This document shows positions 1 to 11,187 of a stretch of DNA of 64,000 nt, in pieces. The stretch is from Paragordius varius. Its lineage: Eukaryota; Animalia; Nematomorpha. Within the stretch, counting starts at the first letter, position 1; every line of letters starts with the position of its first letter. The position numbers and the translations under genes were made by a program. The notes under the pieces are model-generated. The model had not been told where the DNA came from. It saw only the letters and a list, made by a program, of their open reading frames with translations, and made no database searches. The stretch lies in assembly GCA_964247055.1 (NCBI GenBank), contig OZ176060.1, forward strand, positions 1,736,001 to 1,800,000, read 5' to 3'.

Positions 1-7
1 CAGGGGT

Positions 8-591
8 TTAACAGTTGGATACAACACACACATTTTAGTCCTTCGATTCAAATTGGGGTAGTTGGATACCCCAGGCCTGTTCAAAATTAAATTCTTCAAA
101 CAATATGGAAGGAACGAAAACCATGTAAAAATTTTGCACTTATAAAACATTAATAAACCGAAATATATAAAAAAATTTATTCAAAAATACTTGATGTTAC
201 TTATTTTAGGCTAAAACCGAAATATGAAAATTTCGTCAACGTGACATGTGTGAATTGATAGAATTAAAAAGTAATACAAAATAAAGCGTTTTTCTATTTA
301 TATCAATGTTAGATGTAATTTAAATAAAAAATTACTTTTTAATTTTACCCTTAAAATAAAATGAAGACGATATTTGCAAAAATTTTGTATAATAAAAATG
401 GCGTCGAAGTAATTTAACATAAAACTTTTTTTCCAAAACAAAATTTTATTAAGATATTTTGGCATATTTATATAATTTTTATTAGGATAGAAGCATAAAT
501 TTAAATTGGGACCGTTTCCTTCAGTTGTTTTTTAAAAATATTAATTTAAGTTTCGTCTGGGGTATTTAGCCAATTTGAATCGAAGTGTTAA
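8..591. mobile_element. TTAA-flanked MITE (piggyBac-like non-autonomous element), copy 1
   Basis: Begins TTAACAGTTGG (8) and ends GAATCGAAGTGTTAA (591); inverted ends share CTTCGATT..GGGGTA. The whole stretch is the diverged reverse complement of 25261-25843. Confidence 0.8.
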
Positions 592-871
592 TTGGTTTGG
601 TCCACGATAACTAAAAATGTGTGGGCATAAATAAAGATTATTTCTAATTGTTTTACAATTGGGGGAAAGGGATAAGCGTTTTTTAAACAAATATTTTTGA
701 ACACGTGCCGAAAAACGTGTAGGCGCCGTAAGTTTTGATAGTGTACTTTTTATAATGTTTTACAAATGGACAACTCAATCTTAATTTTCATTCTTCGCAA
801 TTCCACCCGTTTAAAAAGAAGTTTTCTATATAACTGATTTTAAGACTTTTTCCAGCAGAACATATCAGACC

Positions 872-3785
872 TTAACAGTAAGATTAATCAGCTCTTCGAT
901 TCGAATTGAGGTATCTTAATACCCCAGACAATATTTAAGTTGATATTTATAAAAACAGCACCCCAAGCCTATTTAAAATTAATACTTCAAATATATGGAA
1001 AGAATTTAAACCATGGCAAAAGCTTGCACTTATATATTAATGAACCTAAATACAAAAATTTCATTAAATAATACTTGATATAACTTATTTGGTAAAAACC
1101 ATAGGTAAAGTGATCAGATTTTTTGAAGGAAAAAGCGGGACAAATCTGAGAAAGGGGGGCATGGAGTGTCCAACCAAAAATTTTTATACAAAAAATTTAT
1201 TGTAATATTTATTTATTTTTAACTCAAATACATTATAAATATATATAAATATTTTATTTCATGGTATATTTTTTTATTTGAGGGAATGCGTTTTAGCAGA
1301 TTGTCATCCTTTTTTAAAATATAAGTCTTCACAAGAATTTGTCAAATTATATTTGACAGATAAAATGGCCTTTAAAGTTTCGACATGTAAATTTGATTTT
1401 TCCGATGACCACACCTGATTTACTGTGGAACAACGCGCTCAGTAGCAGAGTTGGTCTTAGTAAAGATAGTGCCATTTTCCACAATTTTTAAAATATTTTA
1501 TGGAACATAGTTTGTTTCAAAATGATGAAATATTTCTAACAATTTTTTTTCTACTTTATTTTTTGTAGTCCATAATTTAAGTTAGTCATTATTAATATAT
1601 TTTTTAACTCTTCAGAAAAAGGATCATTTTCTAAAAGATTACTTTTTAGGAATTTTTAAGAGATGCAGATGTAATCAAATGATTTTTGAACATCGCACCA
1701 ATAAAATTCTGGTTTTAATGTTATCCAATGATCATTGGATTGCACCGTTCAGTCTTCCAAATAATCTTTACAGTTTGTTTAAAACATTTTTATATGGTAC
1801 AGGATATCTTGGCGGTTTATTAAGCCTTGTTTTTCTAAATTATTTATAATATTGCGGATGCTTAATGGTATAAAATTATTTTCTAATATTTATTGACATT
1901 GGAATTATAGGTTACCAACTTGATGGGCTACTTAGATTGCCGAAATTTTGTCACCTTCTACCAATTCAATAATATTTTGAAAGAGAGAAGATTGATTATG
2001 TAGGAATAACTATATTTTTGAAGGATCACTTTCAAAAAACTTTTCGAAAGTTGTAGGACATTTGTCCTGTGATAAAAAATAGGATTTTAAAGGATCATAC
2101 ACTTTTAAAATTCTTTCAATAGCTACCAGAAAAGCTAACCAACGATTTTTACAATATCCAAGCATTTTTTGATAATAAACTTCTGTATTTTCACAGAATT
2201 CTTTTAAGCGTTTCAACGCGTACCGTGTATATATAAAAAAGGGAATGTATTTTAACAACTAAATTTTCCACATTTACGAATATCAAATCAGCAGCTGTTT
2301 GAATAGCGTTGTGTAATATATGTGCACACCCAGCGCCAATAATGTTTTCATTAAGATTATCTGCTAATTACTGAAAATTATTTTTTGTTCCCCTCCTTGT
2401 TTTTCCACCGAAGTTCGTATTGGTGTTGTCACCGCAATATGCGATGATTTTGTTTTTAAATTATTTTTTTTCAGAATATTCATTATTGAAGTAAAAATTA
2501 TGTCGGAATTTTCACCCGAGATAGAACTAAAATTGCAATTCTCCGGTTTCTGGATAAAAATATCTTATTAAAGTGGGAAATAATTTTGTTTGTATGTGAT
2601 TTGATGCAGCAGAGTATAGCGATATGAAATTAATTTTTAGCAAATCTTTTAGTATTTAAGAAATGTGGGGAAATGACATTGCATACAATGACTTCAGCCT
2701 TTGTACGGGCACATGTAAATTTTTTATTGAATAACGTGCAAATAACCTGTGAGGTACAATCCATAGATCTAAAGGAATGATTGTGATTAACGGCGTGAAA
2801 AGATAACACGCTGTCAAATTCTTTTCTTCCTCTCCAAAAGCGGTTTTTCGAAAAAAATCGCTCATTTCGTAAGATGATGCCGCCATATCTAAACAATTTA
2901 TGTTTCTACGTTTTCATATGCTTTGTAATATCATGTTTGTTGCCATGTGCTAGGGTGAATTCGCCCTCGCATAAACAAATGTTTTATTTACAACGTCTTT
3001 TTTTACTCATATTTTTAAACTAATATTAGTTTAAAAAAATATTACCCTAATTTTCTGGAGTAAACGTATAAGCTACCGATTTTTGGTATTAATTTGGCTT
3101 CTTGAAAAGATTAGCAGGTAATATAACTAAAATATTAGTATAAAAATATATTTTATTACCTTAATTTTCTAAAGTAAATGTATAACCTACCGATTTGTGG
3201 TATAAATTAGTCTCTTTGATAATATTGGTAGTAAGAGTAGGAAGCAAAGTGTATAATCATATGATATAAATTTGAAAAATAATAAATAATTGTAATTTAA
3301 AATTGATATAGATTTTAATGATAACTAATGATAAAAAAATTTAAACAAATAAAAAAAATAATATTTAATAAAAAATAAAATTATTTTTATATAATCTTGA
3401 AAAAGCGGGACGTCTTGTCACCCTACCCATAGGTAATAATTCAGTCAACATGACATTTGTGCATTAGCTAAATTTAAAAATAATACAACATAAACCATTT
3501 TTTCTGTTTCTATAAATGCTAGTGCTTTTAAAATAGCTTTAAAATTAAATAATCCAATATTTTGCAAATATGTATGACGTCGAAATAGTTAGAGGAGGAA
3601 CTTTTTTTCAAAACTAAATTTCAAGTTTCGCCTTATTTATTTTTAATTAAATAGAAATTCATATTGAAGTTGTATTTCTTTGAGTAGTTTTTTTAAAATA
3701 TCAACTTAAATATAGCATGAAGTATTTAGATACCCCGATTGAATCGAGATCATTCAATGTGCATTTGATACATTCTTTTTGTTAA
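872..3785. mobile_element. TTAA-flanked MITE, copy 2, split by a nested hAT element
   Basis: 872-1097 and 3434-3785 match the two halves of copy 1 (e.g. GTCAACATGACATTTGTG vs GTCAACGTGACATGTGTG); TTAA at 872-875 and 3782-3785. Confidence 0.7.
1106..3425 (-). mobile_element. hAT DNA transposon (Blackjack-like TIRs) with decayed transposase
   Basis: Right end GCGGGACGTCTTGTCACCCTA, degenerate left end TAAAGTGATCAGATTTT; 8-bp TSD accatagg/cccatagg (1098-1105, 3426-3433). Minus-strand ORFs 2630-2896 (NHSFRSMDCTSQ..FTCARTKAE) and 2010-2258 (RWLAFLVAIERILKVYDPLKSYF) are hAT transposase fragments. Confidence 0.85.
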
Positions 3786-4850
3786 CCGTTTCATGATTTT
3801 TTGGAGTTGTTTTATACTAAAGTCTATATAAAATTTAAATTTTATTAAAAATATTTTTAGCCTTGAGCCAAATTTAAAAATGCTTCTTTAGCCTTAAGAG
3901 GGTTTAAATTGAATTTTAATCCAAACACAAAACAGTACTTTTTCTCCATAAACTTTCTGGTAAAACTCCAAAATGTAATCGCGTAAAAAATGTAGGCGAG
4001 TATTACATATGTTTTTCCTTCTACTGCACTATCAAAATGTGTTCCAGGTATCACACATTCGATAGAGTTATGTACTATCAAGAAAAATTTGGAGGTAATA
4101 AAAAATTAAATGATCAAGTAAAGTTTGAAGATATTGCAAGTGTGGTGTATGAAACGCTTGATAAATACAAAATTATTTTTTTAACCATTTATGTATATAA
4201 TTTAGGTTTATATGTAAATAGTTGGTTAATTTAATTAATTATTGCGTTAGTAGAAAAGAGGAAGATTGTGGAAAATGCAAAGAAAATTTATCTTGATGAA
4301 ATAATATATACTGATAGGAAAATGGATCAGGATTATCATGATGCTTTTAGATTTGACCCTTACTAAGATATAAGAAACACTTTTTTGAGGTACTCGGTAT
4401 CAGAAATGTATCATACCATATTTTTCGTAGTAATTCTTTTTTGATTAAAGCTATGCTTCCTTCTGAAAATATCAATAAATTATTTAAGAAATGCTTTTTT
4501 TAAAAAAAATTAATTTTTAGTAAAACGTTCAAGCCTACCTCCTACAACACTTCTTATATAATTTGATGATGCTAAACATTTCTATCGCGGCTCATACTTT
4601 CAGATTTTAGTGAATTTTTATACAATCGAAAATATAGCACTTAAAAGGCGAAAACAGACCTCGAAAATTTAAATGTAAACTTACTAAATATAGATGTGAC
4701 TTACAAGCATAATAGAGACGCCATGGAAATGGCAGTATAAAGGCAAACTTGTTTTTGTGATAAGGCACATAAAATTATTAAAAGACATATTGATGAACTT
4801 GCCGTTAACGATATATTTTCCAATTTAAATGATAAGTTTTGAGTGATTTA
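3786..4850. repeat. Dispersed AT-rich non-coding repeat family (probable non-autonomous transposon)
   Basis: Shared blocks (CTCCATATCA.AAAATGGCAAA, GATGCT.AACA.TTCTATC, TTTTTAGATGTG..CAGTCCC, GCCATGGAAATGGC) recur at ~7920-8420, ~12330-12830, ~24690-24850 (inverted), ~38990-40590 and ~44050-44540; no single copy carries every block. Boundaries approximate. Confidence 0.55.
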
Positions 4851-5808
4851 TTTATTGTTATATTGGGATCTACTTGTTCAAATAACTTCCTCAGTCTTAA
4901 CAATTCTTACTTTTGCTCGTAAGTAAAACGACACTCGTTGACAAGGCCAAACCTTGGAGGAGGCTATATGAATTTTTACCGGCTCCCTTAACAGCATAAT
5001 TCTAGGAATAAAAATTTTTTAAGTTTAAATAACAACTTGCTTCCATGCCTCAAAGTTGATGGCACAGATAGATATCGGCTCCCGAATCGTAGATAAATTC
5101 TCGTTCTGTATTGTTTAACATCATTTTTACTGTTCATGGTGACATTGGCATTATTATTGTCTGGCGGTCGAACATACTCTTGGCAGCGTTTTTGGTTCTA
5201 CACATTTTAGCGATTGGGGTTGCCGCATTTGTTTTGATTGCGGTTCCATATGAATACTCCCTAACCGCTGAATGAATGTGTCCGAGGTTTTGCTTGTTCT
5301 AATCGATTCAAATTATTACCATTGTTATAAATGGTATTATCATTATAATTAATAAGGCATATGTCAGCGATATTATTGTCATGGTTGTTGGACTTTGGAC
5401 TGTAGGTACAACAATTCGAGTTTGAATCTCCGTGGTGCCATAATTGAAATAAGTATTACATGACAAACATGTTAACATAAATAAATGGCACCTGTACAAA
5501 GCAGGAATAAATTCTGCTGTAACCTAGGGCATTATCGAAAAATTGAACTAAACTCCAAACTAGTATACAACCGATTATTCAAAAGCTGCTGCACTTTATG
5601 ATTACATACCGCGAATGGGCCGCGGCTGAATATCGCTGACTTATGCTTTTAGGTCCACTTTAGAATTCCACGTGAAAATAAAATAGTTGAGTGGTAAAAA
5701 TGTATATATAAATTACATGATAGATATCGACATATGTCCAAAATATTTAGTTTCTTATTATATTTATTGAAAATAATTTATTCCCATCATTATTATTAAT
5801 GAATGATG

Positions 5809-7472
5809 TTATGTTACTTCAGCATTTTTGTAAACAATTATCGGATAAAGAATGGGATACGGAAGCGGCGATATATGCAAAATTAGCATATGTTGCTTGA
5901 GATCAAAACATTCAACACTAAACAGTATGGATTTGGTTTGTGAATTTGCTCCACCTACAATATAAACCATACTATCTTAATAAATTACTCAATCTTTTAC
6001 CATTGCCAAAAACAGCACAACCATGTCTAGCCCATTTCAAATGTCCAACAATCTTCCAAGTCAAACCCATATTTTTATTATTCATTGTAAGCATTTCTAT
6101 GTGATCCAGACTCACTGATGATTTGTCAGAATTCCATTTGATACCTCCAATTATATAAAGGGTTTCTACAGTCTTATAAACTGACATATATGCTTTGGCC
6201 TGTGTCATTTTTCCACGCTTAAACCATATAATTTTAGATTAAATAAATACTTATTGTTTACCGGATCATAACAATCTACTGAATTTTCTAATTTGTAATG
6301 CATTTGAGAATCAACTGTGTTATCTTTGGTAATGGCCGACGAGGAAATTCCCCCAAAAACCCAGATAAGACCTTTGAAAACAGTGCATGAAAAAGCCATT
6401 CTCGAAGAAATTAAGGGTATCCCATCTAACCATACATTTGTTATTGGGTCAAAACACTCAACTGATGTCAATATTCTAAATGTGTTATTTGAATTTAACT
6501 TATTTAAAATTCCACAACCACCAATCGCATACAGCCGGCCATGAAAAGATATTAATTGATGATCCCTGCGAGATATTCGTAGAGTAGGAACGCGCGATAT
6601 TATCAAACAGTGATTACCTCTGCTTTTTATTTTAATGACATTATTTAAAGGAATCCCATTAATTTCACCACCTTTCTTTAATATTTTATACCTGAAAGAT
6701 ATATATCTCCGAGAAACAAAGTTCCACTAAATCGACTGCAAAATCCGCTTATTAGTTTTTTCAAAGTATATATTTCATCGTCGCTAATTAATGACGCGTC
6801 CATTTCCAATACAACATCTGAAATGATTTCCCATTTATTTCCACTAATATTGTAGTTATGTATAAATGGTAGGGTTATAAAAATGGTGTCATTATTGACC
6901 ACATCTATGATTTTAGATAGGTATTCGGGTATTTTGTTCCCTAAAATAAAATGCCATCTATCATCCACAACTCTCTTTTTGCACATTAAACATAATTCGT
7001 TTTTAAAAGAGTGGTCCCTATAATTGACTAAATAATTAAACCACATACATCTCAGCATTCTTTGTTGTATAGCAGGGTATTTTTCTATTTGATTACAATA
7101 TCTATCATAATATATGGATAAAATTTCCGGCAAGACAGGAAACTGATGGGACTCAAATGTTAAATCAGAAATATCCAGAATTTCTTGCAGTTTGGATCCA
7201 GAAATCATATTCATGCTATGAAGGGTGTTTATTAGGTTGAAATATATTCGTAACTTTGTTAAAACAAAGATACGTTGTGAAAGTTCAGACATCAAAAAAT
7301 TGTGTTTTATATAAAGCGTATTTAAATATTCAAAGAGTATTAGAAGCTCAGTACAAGAGAGTTGAACATTCTCTTTCCAAAAATAGTTTATATATTCTTC
7401 CGAAAAAAATAGAATGTCTTCTTGTTTTTCCAAGGTTACCTTCAATAAAATTTTGTCAATAATATTTAACAT
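5809..7472 (-). CDS. Kelch-repeat protein (~531 aa, 4 exons)
   Basis: Exons 7472-6692, 6671-6251, 6227-6001, 5975-5809 join in frame. Five kelch GG motifs (DIYLSGG, RLYAIGG, IWVFGG, LYIIGG, VYIVGG) with VECFDP/VDCYDP..W spacing. Introns are 20, 23 (non-canonical acceptor, see findings) and 25 nt. Confidence 0.85.
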
Positions 7473-7532
7473 TAAAATATGGAAGTTGATGTTCCATTGT
7501 TATAGGGACCAAAAACATAGAGTATGCACATT

Positions 7533-7558
7533 TATATATATATATATATATATATATA
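7533..7558. repeat. (TA)n microsatellite abutting a TA-CAGT MITE end
   Basis: Direct reading. Other (TA)n tracts at ~12320-12338, ~41967-41984, ~42905-42928, ~52040-52071 and ~53452-53463. Confidence 0.9.
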
Positions 7559-9542
7559 CATACAGTAAAAATTAAAATCATACGGAGAAAACTTAAAAAT
7601 ATAAAGACAAATATTTTCGCGCAGTGGCGATATAAATCTTAAACTTCACGCATTTACGCTAATGGCCTTTCACCTAGGGAAGGCTTCTGCCAAAGTGCCT
7701 CAAAATTTAAAATTAACACATATTTAATTTAGGATACAGTAAAAATTTGATCAAGTTTTATTTTTGTTTCATTTAAGTTTCAAGTAATATATTGTTTACT
7801 TCAGAATTATCAAACGGAAAATTTTCCGTAACTTAAATTTATTAAAATTCATTATAATCAGTGCTTCCGAAATCGGAGGCTAAATAGCCTATGAATGTAT
7901 ATTTTTAAAGGCAGATGTATCAAAATTTTCATGATCTTTTGGTTTTGTTTACGAATAATTTATTAAAGTTATTCTTTTCTGGTGACTGCTCCATATCAAA
8001 AAATGGCAAATTTTTTGATAAAAGCTAAATGCTTTCTTCCATTAAATATTACTAAAATATATAATAAATTACACCTAAACAGAAAAACATTGTTATAAAA
8101 TTTTTAATTTTTAGATGTGGGCAGAAAGTCCCAAATTTTCCCCCCTGCTAAAATGGGCTAACTCTCCTAAAATAATTATATTGTTTTGATTTTTATATAA
8201 TTATGATATGAATAAAATTTCTTATTGTCCAAATATAAAAACCACACATATATTATATTAATTATTTTTTTAATAAGAGCTAATTAAACACACATCCAAA
8301 TAAAAAAATCTTAGATTATTCAATATACAAAACAATTAATTAAATTTTAATTTTTAGATGTGGGATGCAGTCCCCACATTTTCAGATACGCTAAAATAGG
8401 CCATTTTGTACATTAACGAAAAAATTTATTTATTGTTTGATATAATTTTTAATATATATTTTCATTACATCCCAATTTATTTTTTAAAAAGCATATTCTC
8501 CTAAAATTTCTTCATTTAAGCTTAAGGTATTGATTGTTATTAAAAACCCACAATTTGGTCGTGCTAAAAATTTGCTATCAAATATAATTAATAAATTTAA
8601 TTTTAAACAGTACCTTTCAATCATTATTATTCAACCATGCTTAATTTTTTTCCTATTTGTTAACTATTTTTCGAATTCCCTTTTTGAAAATGAACCATAT
8701 TTAAGAAAAGTGATAATATTGATTTAGTTTTCATAGTTTCCCTTTTATAAAATTTATTTTACGCTTTATCTTTATTGTTTTTATATGTATTACCTGTAAC
8801 ATTAACACAGCTAAAGAAAGATATGATATACCTGATTTGTTAAAAATGGCTGGGTATTCTTAAAATCTTCTTGTGATATGTTTAAAACTATCATTGTATG
8901 AGCCTCGATTGGGTGTATTATTTTTTTCGCTCTATAAATTGTTTGAAGTTATTATGATAAGCCTGGTTTGTTTGTTTAGACATTTGCAACGGAATTTATC
9001 CCAATATCCGCATTTCTAATTTATTTTCTGCAACAGTTCACATAAAAATTAATGAACAATAAATTTTAAATAAATATATGTGTCTTAATCTCATATTTAT
9101 AAGTGTAATTTTAAAGGAGCTGAGCCATGATAAGTTGATTAATGGGTATTGCATGCCAGAACGGTATATTATTGATATTTTTGTCTGTTTAAACATTTGT
9201 AAATTCATTTTTTTGAACAATCAAATATATTATCAATTTGGATGTTTTAAGGTATGCTAAACAACGATACCGATTATGATTCTGAAACTGAATGCAATCT
9301 ATCTTTCTAACCATATATAATAAATTTTGTTCAGTTTATCTAATAAAAACTAACAATATTAAAGGATTTTTTTAACTTTTTTCAGCTGATTTCAACGCTT
9401 TTTCAGCAAGATAACCTTATTTATCAACTCATTAACAAGGTTAGTGGTAAATTTTTTTAATTATCAAGCAATAAATTTTTAGATTTGGCCATTTTTATTT
9501 TACATTATTCTCTATTCAATGATTGTTATATTTAGAATTTTT

Positions 9543-9790
9543 AAAAGTCATTTCATCACAGAAAATCATAGAAAAATATCGTCAACTTGAGGAACATAAT
9601 TATCAGTAGATTTTTTATTATGTACATTCATAATCATGATGTACCAATTCTGTTTAATAAATTTTGTGGTATAAATATTGTAAATCAGAGCTGCATAAAA
9701 GTGTATTGCCCTAGTGCCGTTTTGATGAATGCTTATCTTATGATATCGGGTTCTGCTAATTCGAATAGATTTGATTGAGTATTTAAAGAA
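9543..9790 (+). repeat. Dispersed repeat; uninterrupted paralog of the sequence flanking the RTE at 35280-38525
   Basis: 9545-9605 matches 35205-35265 and 9625-9780 matches 38526-38680 (CCCTAGTGCCGTTTTGATGAATGCT is present in both). Confidence 0.8.
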
Positions 9791-10119
9791 GCTGAAACAA
9801 TGTCCACTTTGCTTAAAGGCGTTTATAAGGGATGTTTAAAATGATAATATAGGATTTGATTGATAAAAGTTAAAAACAAACCAAAAAATAAGGACCAACT
9901 TAAAGTGTTCAAATTCCTTGAAATGTTCAAGAACCAACTTGAAATATTCAAGATAACTCTTGCAGTTTAAATAGTGTATTATGATGATTAATTCGTAAAA
10001 TATACTGGTTATCATTTAAATTTTAAAATAATTATTTAGCCTTTTTTATGGTGGGCATAAATGTGTTTATTATACATTTTAATTTTTTTTCATAGGTGAA
10101 AAACACAATCTCCTAGCAT

Positions 10120-10333
10120 CAGAGTGTAGCTGGGGGCCTGATAAGCACCAGGCGCTATAGTTGAAGGGGATTTTAAATTTTTTTAATATCATTTCAAACG
10201 TAGATATTTAAAAGTTATAAAAGTATCCCATATATGAATGGTCATCACTAAGGTTGGAATTTGACTATTTTTTCTAAAATGCAAGGGATGCATGGAGGGG
10301 TAGAGGTCGCCAGAAATGCAAGCTACGTCTCTG
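10120..10333. mobile_element. hAT-derived MITE (~214 bp), deletion derivative of the element at 49757-51468
   Basis: TIRs CAGAGTGTAGCT / AGCTACGTCTCTG. Reverse complements of both ends match the two ends of 49757-51468 (CTTGCATTTCTGGCG; CCCCTT.AACTAT.GCGCC). Confidence 0.7.
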
Positions 10334-10934
10334 CTTTATATTAATTTTGAATCTAAATAAAATTATCAATTGTTTTTACTCAAAGATTTTATATACATCA
10401 TACTATTATTAATGTTTTGTGTCCCAAATCTAAAATTTAGATAATACACAACCATAGATCCTAAGACAAAATTATTTAAACGTTAAAATAATCAAGACTT
10501 ATTTTTCTTTTAATCATAATTTTGGCAGTTTTTATAAAACCTAAAAAGTCCGGAAAACATAAAATATGTGAGATGTCATGTTTATTTAAAACGCTTAAAA
10601 TTCCAGATGATGAAATGCTAATAATGATTCTGATATTTAACATAACATGTGCATTGTTAACTCTACTTATAGTTTGGATGGTTTAGATATAACTTTGCTT
10701 CGTTTAACTATGGAAATTTATACAGTAAGATAAAATTATATTAATTTTAAAAATATATTTAATTTTTGGCTTATGCAGGAATGGTAATTTGGTAGGAAAA
10801 TTGTTTGTCTTTATGAAATAGAATTTATGAAACATAAATTAAAACTGCAAAATTCCAATTTCCTAATTATCTATACTCGGAAACTAGGGTGAATGCTTAT
10901 GTTCAAATTTTAATATTAGTTTCATATATTTAAA

Positions 10935-11187
10935 TACAGTAAAAAATGAAATTATACGGACAAAACGTAAAAATACAAAGACAAAAAAGTTTTTTTAAAG
11001 GCAACCATACATTTTTAAACCTTAAATTATCCTATAATTATTTAGCAACAATCGTAAAATGTGGAATTAATTTTTGTACCAATAAACATATTTATTTTGT
11101 CCTTTGGGGTGATTGTCTTTTAGCAAAAAATATTTGTCATTATATTTTTACGTTTTTTCCGTAGTATAATTTCATTTTTTACTATGA
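10935..11187. mobile_element. Tc1/mariner-type MITE (TA-CAGT...ACTG-TA, ~50 bp TIRs)
   Basis: TACAGTAAAAAATGAAATTATACGGACAAAACGTAAAAAT with its inverted copy at the other end. Full sister copy at 30231-30495; partial copies at ~7561, 51795 and 51901. Confidence 0.75.

Noticed and set aside
6317-7462. Plus-strand ORFs 6317-6544 and 7256-7462
   Set aside because: Antisense shadows of the kelch gene with no independent motifs.
10946-11164. 72-aa ORF
   Set aside because: Lies entirely within a TIR-bounded MITE; a chance ORF in AT-rich DNA.
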